DNA from: a virus
Taxonomy: Duplodnaviria > Heunggongvirae > Uroviricota > Caudoviricetes
DNA: 56,642 nucleotides
Virus record (IMG/VR): IMGVR_UViG_2917461297_000001
Location: 1-56,642 of that record
Direction: 5' to 3' (one strand)
In this document: one piece after another, positions 48,823-56,642 of the stretch
How positions within the stretch are numbered: the stretch's first letter is position 1
Layout of the letters: every line of letters starts with the position of its first letter
Made by a program: the position numbers and the translations under genes
Notes under the pieces: generated by a model
What the model was told of the DNA's origin: nothing
Databases searched by the model: none
The model's input: only the letters and a program-made list of their open reading frames with translations

Positions 48823-49728
48823 ATGGAGAAAAGAGTAAAGAAAAACAATAATTGGAGATTTTTATTAAGCAACGAGGAAATTGAGAGAATGAGAAAGGGG
48901 GTGTTCAGGGAAAGTAATTCCCATTTCAAGATAGTGATTCCTAAAGAGTTTATGACATATTTGGAAGGTTTGGACACTACAAATGCTATTAAAGCCAAAT
49001 CCCTTTTGTTGTATGCAGGTATTATACTTGTGTACAAAGAAGCGAACTACACTTATAGAAGACACCACATAAATTTGGAAATTATTTGTCAATTCTTAGG
49101 ATTAAAGTACAATGAGAAATTAAGAAAACTGTTCACAAAATCTAGTTATTTGGTTGAGAACCAATTTATCGGCACTCAATATGATTTCCCTGTTGAATAT
49201 AGTGTGTCGTACGTTGAGGATAAAGAGAAACGGAATTATTTTGGTAAATACACTATGTTTAAATCATTAAGTAAGGACGAAAAAGAAAAAATGATAGATG
49301 CAAATCGATTAACTTTACCAGTTAGGTCTATTGAACCAATTAGACACACTAAAGGCGTTTCTCGAAAGAAAGGTCAAGAAATGGAATTAGTGAAACCACC
49401 AATTGATGTTCAAGGTGATAAATACATAACAATCACATACAAATCATTATTTGATACCGTAAAAGGTAATTTGTCGGTGCAAAGTTTGTATCTCGCTTGT
49501 GTTGTAAAGGATATGCTTGCTAACAAAATTACTACTAGCTATTCACGATTTAAAGTGAATAAGAACTCTCTTGCTAAAAAGGTTGGAGCAAGTTTAGGAA
49601 CTTTTAAAAAGCAACACAGAGAGCTAAAGAATTATACTAATCAAAATTACAGACTTGAGCAATTTACAACCAAAAGAAACGGCGAGTTTGTCAGCGAAGT
49701 ATTTTTATTTTTTGACTCTGAATTTTAA
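48823..49728 (+). CDS. Basic hypothetical protein, putative replication initiator (winged-helix-like)
   Basis: Very K/R-rich; two HTH-like segments (INLEIICQFLGL; NKNSLAKKVGASLGTFKKQ); follows helicase and precedes an origin-like tract. Confidence 0.5.
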   Translation: MEKRVKKNNNWRFLLSNEEIERMRKGVFRESNSHFKIVIPKEFMTYLEGLDTTNAIKAKSLLLYAGIILVYKEANYTYRRHHINLEIICQFLGLKYNEKLRKLFTKSSYLVENQFIGTQYDFPVEYSVSYVEDKEKRNYFGKYTMFKSLSKDEKEKMIDANRLTLPVRSIEPIRHTKGVSRKKGQEMELVKPPIDVQGDKYITITYKSLFDTVKGNLSVQSLYLACVVKDMLANKITTSYSRFKVNKNSLAKKVGASLGTFKKQHRELKNYTNQNYRLEQFTTKRNGEFVSEVFLFFDSEF

Positions 49729-49729
49729 T

Positions 49730-50100
49730 CATGTGGGTGCGAATTTTTTTACCCCTCATAAGAGAATATAGGACAAGCTAAAACTGATGAGCGTAAGCAA
49801 AAATATATTCTTAATAACTTAAAAGGGTCAAAAAAGTGGTGCCCCAAGCGGTATTTTTAAAAATTTCACAATCAGCTCAAACCCTTGGGAGAGTAAGGGT
49901 GAGAGCTCTTCGAGACAAAAAATACGTCAAATTTGGCGCCGATTTTCAAATTTTAGAGCTGTGTGGGATTGATTGAAAAAACCTTTCAGTAAAGCCTAAC
50001 GTCACTAACGTTCCGCAGGGCTTTCCTTTGCTTCCCATTTTGCTAAAGCAAAAGGAAAGCGTCTATGAATCTAACGTTTAGATTTATAATTCGCATAACC
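49730..50100. other. Origin-like structured non-coding region
   Basis: ACCCTT-GGGAGAGT-AAGGGT palindrome, GGCGCC, adjacent hairpins AAAGCC..GGCTTT and CCTTTGCTT..AAGCAAAAGG downstream of the initiator-like gene. Confidence 0.4.
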
Positions 50101-50164
50101 ACAGGGACTAATAAATTATCAGAAAGCCCGATTTAATGGGCATCAGAGGCATCGCTTACGAGGA

Positions 50165-50476
50165 GCGTTATTTTACGGGCTAGAATACGAAGTAAGTATT
50201 TTTGGATATAAACTACCTAAAAGTGTTTGAAACGCTCTCAGCGGGCTAATAGCCTATCAGAAATGGACGATAGTAATTTGGATTGCCACATGGGTGATTT
50301 TTGAATGAGCAAAATGATTGATTTTAATCTCAAATCTCAAATTCATCATTTTTCAAAACTAATGCGTTATAAGCCACGTAGACAAACGATAGCACTTTTT
50401 GGATAGTTAGTACCAAAAATCAATTAACGCTTGCTGAGCGATTAAATAGCAAACTCAGAATGGACGATAGAATTTG
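50165..50476 (+). repeat. Degenerate direct repeat, two copies of about 115 bp offset by about 197 bp
   Basis: Colinear blocks GCGTTA (50165/50364), TTTTTGGATA (50199/50396), AACGCT, AATAGC, TCAGAA, TGGACGATAG (50264/50461), AATTTG. Confidence 0.7.
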
Positions 50477-50509
50477 AGGAAGATTTTTTTGTTCATAAGA
50501 AATAAATTA

Positions 50510-50538
50510 TTGAACTTGATAAAGAAATGGTGTAAAAT
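50510..50538 (+). promoter_or_regulatory. SigA-type promoter
   Basis: TTGAAC (50510-15), 17 bp, TAAAAT (50533-38). Confidence 0.55.
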
Positions 50539-50696
50539 AAATCTTGTCATATTATTCAAGTTGTATACACAGCAAAACTTAAATAAGCAAAGCCATTGGG
50601 AAATAACTTGTATTGATTATAATGTATAAATAGCTAACAGTTTATTTCAAAGGGTAAGCGATACTTTAAAAAAATAAATTAAAAGGTGAAGAAGAA

Positions 50697-51008
50697 ATGA
50701 AAAATAATGAGATAACTTTAGAAATTGAATTACCTTATGATTTTAGGATTATTAGACGTGGTGATTCAGATAACTTAGAATTAGAATCCTTAGAGTATGA
50801 TTTTGACATCAAGGAAAGAAAAAAGAAAACTACTAAGAGTTGGAAATTTAGAGGGTTCTATGCATCTATTCAAGCTGCTACAAGAGGATATATCAAAGAA
50901 TGTCCTAAGAGAAGAATGAAAGGTAAAGTTAGTTTGAATGATGTAGTTTCAATGCTTAAAGAAGTTGAAAGAATTGCAGATAAAGTGTCTTGGAGCAATA
51001 TGCGATGA
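50697..51008 (+). CDS. Hypothetical protein
   Basis: 103-aa ORF with AAAGGTG RBS. Confidence 0.7.
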   Translation: MKNNEITLEIELPYDFRIIRRGDSDNLELESLEYDFDIKERKKKTTKSWKFRGFYASIQAATRGYIKECPKRRMKGKVSLNDVVSMLKEVERIADKVSWSNMR

Positions 51009-51346
51009 TTAATGAGTTTAAAGATGTAATGGCAACTTTGAATTCATTGATAGGTCTAACAGTAACTAAGAATAATACTGAAAGAATGCTAAGCGTTGAG
51101 CTAAAGAATGTGATTAATCGTGAAGGAAACTTAGAGTTAGAATTTCAATACTATCTGTGTGAGCAGCAAGACGATTCTGTAAGATTCCTTAGAGTAATTA
51201 AGACGTTGTTAAGTCATCAATACATAAACAATTATCTTGAAGAAATGAATAAAGGGTATCCAATCCGTAAAGATTTCTTGAAAGATGACCTAGTTGATTT
51301 GCTAAAGAAAATAATGAATAAGAGATTACGTAACTTAAAAGCGTAA
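50990..51346 (+). CDS. Hypothetical protein (start may be ATG 51005)
   Basis: ORF coupled to the upstream stop, followed by a terminator. Confidence 0.65.
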   Translation: MEQYAMINEFKDVMATLNSLIGLTVTKNNTERMLSVELKNVINREGNLELEFQYYLCEQQDDSVRFLRVIKTLLSHQYINNYLEEMNKGYPIRKDFLKDDLVDLLKKIMNKRLRNLKA

Positions 51347-51356
51347 TATTGATTAA

Positions 51357-51385
51357 AGAGACTGATTAATTTCAGTCTCTTTTTA
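51357..51385 (+). terminator. Intrinsic terminator
   Basis: AGAGACTGA-TTAATT-TCAGTCTCT-TTTT. Confidence 0.85.
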
Positions 51386-51399
51386 TTTGTTTTTAGACA

Positions 51400-53400
51400 T
51401 ATTCTGACATTTTTAGTTAGTTTTCTAAGAGAAAGTAGTGAAAATTGGAGTAAATTGATTGGGGTGAAACAATATTGAGATTGAATAAGAGATTAATTGG
51501 AAGCTAAAAAGTGAATGACTGTGGAAGAATATTAGGTTTCTTGTAAGAAATATCTTATAACAAATTTGATTTAGGATTTAACCAAATCAATATTAGCCAA
51601 TATTTTCAACAAATTAATTATAAATAAATTATAGCTTAGATTACAGGAAACTGACATGCTAAAAATAGGTTCTAAAAGTGAGAGGAATGAACGTGATAAA
51701 AGATTATAGAACAACTTAGTTGTCAATTAATGATTGAGGAGTTGACTGAAATTTAAAATAAAAAACTGGAAATAAAAAAAGTTGGTCGAGTGAGATATTT
51801 GGAGTTGATGTTTAATTTAATCAAGCGTATAGAAATATATCACACATAACTCATGTGGTTAAAAATGAAACTGATAGGATTTTTAGTTTTGATGAATGCT
51901 GAAAGGGTGTTATTTGAGGATAAAATGTCGTTGATTGATATATGATTCATTGAGTTGTAGGTGGGAGGTAAAAAAATTTGGTGCGTGGAGTAATGGAGTG
52001 TGAGATGAATGGTAAGAGTGCATATGTAATTGTGTAAGGTAGGTACAAGAAGGGAGAATAGGGAGTAATGTGGTGAGTTAGGTGGGAAAACTGAGTGGTA
52101 AAATTGTGACGAAAATGTGGCAGAAAAAATTGTGTAATTTGTGAGAAATGGAAAAGGTGAGAAAAATGGGGAAAAATTTGATATGTAATTTAGTCAATGG
52201 TGAGGTGATTTTTGGACAGTACACCGATGTAATTTTACATCAAACGGGTCGTAATCCTAAACCACCCCCCCGGACAAAAACCCGAGCAAAAACGGCGTTC
52301 AGATAATAAACGTTATATGACCAGCCCCAAATTTGCCCCCTAAAATTGAGGTTGCTGGGGCTTTCACGTGTTGAGAAAGAAAGTAGAAAATAGGACATGT
52401 GGAAGATGCTTTATAACTTCCAGTAGAAGCACATGGATAATTTTACACAAGGTGAATCATTGAATTAAATTATGATTTAAAATTTAATCAATTTTTTTAA
52501 AAAATTTTGGTACCCATAACAGTGGAAAATGTGTCTACACCCAACAAACAAATGTATCCATCATTCCACCTCACACACACATTATTTTCCTCACCCAGTT
52601 CCATACTCCCCAACAACTCCATACTCTTATTTCCCATACGTCCCAGCTCATCACACACAGCTCAATCCACCCAACAGCTACCCAGCACAAACAACTCATC
52701 ACTCGCTCAACAACACTACCCCAACATCACTCCATTTCCACACACTCATATCACAATTTCAATAAATACAAATCAAAACATAATAACTCAAATAATATAA
52801 TTATAAATAATATAATCCATAATAATAAACAATTATATCCACAACTCAATATATACTTAAACCATTCACCTAACTATACTTAATACACGTCTACACTAAT
52901 CACCCACATCAACTTAATATCCAGTCACTTATAATCTAACTACACACTCAATATCAATCATTATTTATTATACTATCATTTAATTATCGTTATATATCTA
53001 ATCTCACTCTATACTCATTCACACATCACACTCATTATCATATACAACTCAATATCAATTATTATTAACTATCATCTTATATTCATTAACACTTCATTCT
53101 TATCACACCTACATACATTAACATATCAATCAATTATTAATCATATCCATTCGTCACGCATTCTTATATTAATACTGCCAGATAAATAATAAACCTAATA
53201 TCAATCTAAACATATATCCTGCACTCATTAATTGATTATCAATTCAATTACATCAATTAAATAAATTAACATCTACATCTAATCAAATAACTATACAATA
53301 ACTACCCATCATAAATAGCGGGCTATCTTATACAATAATCCTGCAAGACTTAGCCAACCAACACAGTTACTTATTACACTAATAATCATTCATACACCTT
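51400..53400. other. Long non-coding tract with inverted G/C strand skew around a GC-rich core; candidate virion genome end/pac region
   Basis: Top strand nearly C-free at about 51900-52210 and nearly G-free at about 52540-53340; GC-rich core at about 52255-52375. Confidence 0.5.
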
Positions 53401-53591
53401 ACCACATTTCACGCAATTTGTCAAATCGTCATACAACTTTATATTCAACGTTTAACGCATTCTTAAGCGTCCAGATATTACGTATCCTATTTGTCTTATC
53501 ATGCAATAGGGCACTTATATGGGCTTATATGAGTGTATGCGCATATACATATTTATACAATGTATATGCATAATAATTCATCATATTCTTA

Positions 53592-53620
53592 GTGACTCAG
53601 TCGCTTGATTGTGGTACAAT
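53592..53620 (+). promoter_or_regulatory. SigA-type promoter with extended -10
   Basis: GTGACT-17-TACAAT with TG immediately upstream of the -10. Confidence 0.5.
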
Positions 53621-53735
53621 TAAAAGGTAAATAAGTGAACAAACATTACTATTTATGCAATATTACAATTATACATCACTGTTACATATTAGATGTAAAT
53701 ACACACCGATAGTGTAAAAGTTTACGTTAAAGTTC

Positions 53736-53764
53736 TTGATATATTAAGTTTACGTGTGTATAAT
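53736..53764 (+). promoter_or_regulatory. Strong SigA early promoter
   Basis: TTGATA (53736-41), 17 bp, TATAAT (53759-64). Confidence 0.8.
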
Positions 53765-53813
53765 ATAGATATAAGGTTAAGAAATAAATTATAAATAAAA
53801 GAGAGGTTTCATA

Positions 53814-54014
53814 ATGACAACATTTAAAATAATCGAAGTCGAAGAGACAAACCAAAACGCAGACCCTACTAAAGCGAATAACGGGGGAGGTTACTCACAC
53901 CCTCGCATTACATTTGAATACAAAGGAATTCAAGGCGTGTATGGCGCTCTATTATGTAGCTTTACTTTAGGCGTCCTAGTAAGTCAAAAAGACTTATTAA
54001 AAAAATTGTTTTAG
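53814..54014 (+). CDS. Small hypothetical protein, possibly truncated
   Basis: AGAGG RBS; NNGGGY motif; C-terminal third runs through a hairpin and looks out of character. Confidence 0.5.
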   Translation: MTTFKIIEVEETNQNADPTKANNGGGYSHPRITFEYKGIQGVYGALLCSFTLGVLVSQKDLLKKLF

Positions 54015-54063
54015 TAACTTGGCGATTAGGAATAAATTATTTAACTAAAGGTAGGTAATTAAA

Positions 54064-54615
54064 ATGGAAAACAAACAAAATGAAAACAAAATTCAGTTTA
54101 ATCTTTTTATCAGCGATTTAACTGAATACAATGCTGGTAATCTTGTTGGTAAATGGTTCGATGCACTTACTGAATTCGATGCAATGAGCACATATATCAA
54201 CACTATTGCTGGTAAAGGTAATGAATGGTTTATTTCAGATTCTGAAAGTGACTTGCTTGAAGTAAGTGAGTTTCATTCAATTGATGACATTGGGGAAATG
54301 GTAAAAGTCATCAAAAAAGCGACATTCGACAGTTTTGTCGCAACTAAAATAAAAGGAGAGTACGAAAACGCCGACATCATCAAATGTGTTGAAAACAACC
54401 GTGTTTTAATTTTAGACTGTGATGTGTCAGCCTTTGAAGCGCTCGGCTATTACGAAGTGGAAACGTCTTATTTTGAAGAAATAAGACTAGATAATGAATT
54501 CATCTCATCTTATTTCGATTTTGAATCGTTAGGGCGTGACTTGCTTTGGAGTGGCGAATATACGCATATCGGGCGTGATGATGAACATAATCACATTTTC
54601 ATTATAAACTTTTAA
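54064..54615 (+). CDS. ardA: ArdA antirestriction protein (type I RM DNA mimic)
   Basis: FISDLTEYNAGNLVGKWF and SYFDFESLGRDL match the ArdA signatures (YNxGxLVGxWF; YxDYxxxGRDL); highly acidic. Confidence 0.9.
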   Translation: MENKQNENKIQFNLFISDLTEYNAGNLVGKWFDALTEFDAMSTYINTIAGKGNEWFISDSESDLLEVSEFHSIDDIGEMVKVIKKATFDSFVATKIKGEYENADIIKCVENNRVLILDCDVSAFEALGYYEVETSYFEEIRLDNEFISSYFDFESLGRDLLWSGEYTHIGRDDEHNHIFIINF

Positions 54616-54629
54616 AGGAGACGACCACA

Positions 54630-54932
54630 ATGCTAAAAACACTTATAACAGCAAGCACCTTATTACTTTCGCCAAACTCACAAGCGTCACAAACAGACTT
54701 TGACAGTCTCGACGCAAGCACGGAAAGACAGATTGAACAAACACAAAAAACATCAACATCATACGCAATCGCTGAGGACGCTCAAAGGTTAAGAGTGTTC
54801 AAGCATGCGGAAGATTCAAAAATGTTGAACAAAAATCAGCAATATACAATTTACAGTAACAACCTTGTCAAAGGCGCTGTGTACAAAATCACTTACAAAG
54901 GTGATTACGTTAAATCAATTGAAGTAAACTAA
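54630..54932 (+). CDS. Hypothetical protein, possibly exported
   Basis: AAGGAG RBS; short hydrophobic N-terminus. Confidence 0.65.
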   Translation: MLKTLITASTLLLSPNSQASQTDFDSLDASTERQIEQTQKTSTSYAIAEDAQRLRVFKHAEDSKMLNKNQQYTIYSNNLVKGAVYKITYKGDYVKSIEVN

Positions 54933-54975
54933 AAAAGTTAAAAAATAAAATAATATAAAAATGGGGGAACATAAG

Positions 54976-55320
54976 ATGTTATATGAGTATGAAATGAAAA
55001 CATTTAAAAACGCTGAGGAGCTAAAAACAAAATACCCAAAAATTTATAATGAATTACTAGCTGAAAAAGGGGGTGGAGAATGGGAAAACGAAGAATTATT
55101 CTTATTCCCGACCGCAACAGATTTTGCACAATATGAGGTTTTCGAAGGCTGGTATGGTCTCGGTTATTTTGCAAATGAAATCAGTGGGGGCAATGCGCCC
55201 GATTTGTTCGAATATATTGATTATGAAGAGTTAACGCCCGACTTAATAAATTCATGGGACGACAGCATTTTCCACAAAACAAAAGATAATCAAATTGTTA
55301 GAACTGGTTTCGGCTGGTAA
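54976..55320 (+). CDS. Acidic protein resembling the C-terminal half of ArdA
   Basis: TDFAQYEVFEGW...APDLFEYIDYEEL..DL; GGGGGA RBS favours ATG 54976. Confidence 0.65.
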   Translation: MLYEYEMKTFKNAEELKTKYPKIYNELLAEKGGGEWENEELFLFPTATDFAQYEVFEGWYGLGYFANEISGGNAPDLFEYIDYEELTPDLINSWDDSIFHKTKDNQIVRTGFGW

Positions 55321-55377
55321 ATCGACATATAACGCAATAACAAAAAAATCACTGTGAAAACGAGGAGAAAAATAAAA

Positions 55378-55716
55378 ATGAAATTTAACGTAAGAGTTAT
55401 AATGAAGCAATTCACAAAATTTAATGAAAAATTACAAGACTGGAGCGGGGACGTAATTACTACCGGCGGTTTTAACCTCGGTGAATCAAAAAGCAATAAT
55501 TTTTATGATGTTCTTGAGGTCCTGCAAGATTACTATGATGTTGAAGAAAACGACATTGATATTGATACGTCATCCGATGGACAAATAACATATTTAACAT
55601 TTTCTATCGTTGAAGATGCGAACGGGCTACCCGTACCCGAAACAGACGGTGAGTATTTAACAGACTATTTTGTTGTTGTTGAAAAAACTGAGATTGTGCC
55701 ATTTGTTAAAAATTAA
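55378..55716 (+). CDS. Acidic hypothetical protein
   Basis: GAGGAG RBS favours ATG 55378; D/E-rich. Confidence 0.7.
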   Translation: MKFNVRVIMKQFTKFNEKLQDWSGDVITTGGFNLGESKSNNFYDVLEVLQDYYDVEENDIDIDTSSDGQITYLTFSIVEDANGLPVPETDGEYLTDYFVVVEKTEIVPFVKN

Positions 55717-55743
55717 AAAATTATAAAATTAGGAGTGTTTGAA

Positions 55744-56058
55744 ATGAAATTAGTACAAAATTTTAAAATTGGTGTTAATGTCGAAATAATCGACATTAAC
55801 AATTATCTTGAATTTGCAGAGCACTATAACGTACCTCGATTAAGCGAAGAATATTTGAAAAATACAGTTTTTACTATTGTTAATGAAGAGGTTTTATATA
55901 AAGAATTTGACGCAAGCGACGAACCATTTGACGTTAAACAATTTGAGTTAATGGACGAAAAAGGTTACAAATTAGCGTTAATGTTAGACGATTGGGCGCT
56001 TGTTAAAGCTGAGGAGGAAATGAAAAATGGAATTAAAGACAATTACAAAACACGCTAA
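55744..56058 (+). CDS. Acidic hypothetical protein
   Basis: AGGAG RBS favours ATG 55744; D/E-rich. Confidence 0.7.
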   Translation: MKLVQNFKIGVNVEIIDINNYLEFAEHYNVPRLSEEYLKNTVFTIVNEEVLYKEFDASDEPFDVKQFELMDEKGYKLALMLDDWALVKAEEEMKNGIKDNYKTR

Positions 56059-56642
56059 AAAGATAACAAAAAACACAAAAAATCGAATTTTAAAGTATAT
56101 GCACCTTAACGATAATCTTATTGATTTTACAGACGGTCATAGACTTGTGAGAATAAACCATCAACATGAATATAACAATATGCTAATCAATCCTAAAAAC
56201 GAAAATGATAAGAGTAGAAGCGAATACCCTTATAATTTTCCTAATTTTGAAAACGTAATTCCGAAAGATGACGACGTAAAAAATGTTATTATTTTTATTG
56301 ATGGTGAAATCAATATCATTTTAAACGTACTTAAATTATTTAAAAATTTAAAAGTTAAATTAGTACAATTAGAATTGAATGAAAATGATAATTATTTATT
56401 GACTGCTTACTCAGGGAATGATGAAGAAGCGCAACGTTTAGAATTGTCATATACTTTCTATAACAAAAAAATAGATAATAATGATGTGAAAAAGATTGTT
56501 CTAAATACAGAATACTTGTTAAACGCTTTTGAGTTTCTAAAAGATTTTGACAAAGCTAATAATGAAGATTTTTATTGTTTAAATCTTTATGGTAGAATTC
56601 AACCAATAAAAATTACTGACAAAAGCAACACTTTTGATTATG
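56027..56642 (+). CDS. Beta sliding clamp (DnaN)-like protein lacking domain I; runs off the window end (not in ORF track)
   Basis: GAGGAGG RBS, ATG 56027, open to the window end; TDGHRL at residues 35-40, FPNFENVIP, LNTEYLLNAF, L.LYG..QPIKI match DnaN domains II-III. Confidence 0.75.
   Translation, partial: MELKTITKHAKKITKNTKNRILKYMHLNDNLIDFTDGHRLVRINHQHEYNNMLINPKNENDKSRSEYPYNFPNFENVIPKDDDVKNVIIFIDGEINIILNVLKLFKNLKVKLVQLELNENDNYLLTAYSGNDEEAQRLELSYTFYNKKIDNNDVKKIVLNTEYLLNAFEFLKDFDKANNEDFYCLNLYGRIQPIKITDKSNTFDY

Larger units (their letters stand above)
1..56642. mobile_element. Segment of a large SPbeta-like siphophage/prophage (Staphylococcaceae host likely); neither boundary is in the window
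   Basis: Complete head-tail-lysis gene set in SPbeta-like order with a tyrosine recombinase next to the tape measure; HU-, YonK- and YonJ-like genes upstream of terminase; staphylococcal-type CHAP/amidase/SH3b endolysin; no host housekeeping genes. Confidence 0.9.

Noticed and set aside
52507-52800. Two plus-strand ORFs (97 and 78 aa) in the skewed tract
   Set aside because: His/Pro/Thr/Ser composition is a by-product of the C/A-rich low-complexity strand; no RBS
1-56642. CRISPR array, DGR (template/variable repeat plus reverse transcriptase), IS elements, inteins in TerL or helicase
   Set aside because: No regularly spaced repeats, no reverse transcriptase or transposase ORF, and TerL/RecD2 lengths and motifs are uninterrupted

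Overview
The whole window is part of a large, low-GC SPbeta-like siphophage or prophage. Its host is almost certainly in the Staphylococcaceae, because the endolysin and fibre genes are staphylococcal-phage type. From 44.7 kb down to 0.8 kb the minus strand carries one long late region in SPbeta-like order: HU-like, YonK-like, YonJ-like phosphoesterase, TerS-like, TerL, portal, protease/scaffold, decoration, major capsid, head-tail joining genes, major tail, tyrosine recombinase, 2.85k-aa tape measure, Dit, 2.47k-aa Tal-like protein, S74 tailspike, holin, collagen fibre and endolysin. No YonO-type RNA polymerase is seen. Its position holds a 492-aa protein with a sigma-region-4-like HTH and a C4 zinc finger. 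To the right, on the plus strand, are a RecD2-like helicase, a putative initiator with an origin-like region, and a 2.4-kb non-coding tract whose G/C skew flips. A strongly promoted cluster of small acidic genes follows, including ArdA, a half-ArdA and a two-domain beta-clamp-like protein. The most striking unexplained element is an ORF-free, hairpin-dense tract of about 1.1 kb (about 41745-42900) inside the late operon, a candidate giant ornate ncRNA (GOLLD/ROOL-like or a new class). Other highlights: a self-contained small-protein plus nucleotidyltransferase moron between Dit and Tal, a -1 frameshift adding an Ig domain to the major tail protein, an unannotated 18-aa Trp/Cys peptide, a recurrent GAAATAAATTAT motif at promoters and a LexA-boxed 59-aa gene. 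All family assignments come from motif recognition by eye; no database searches or folding programs were run.
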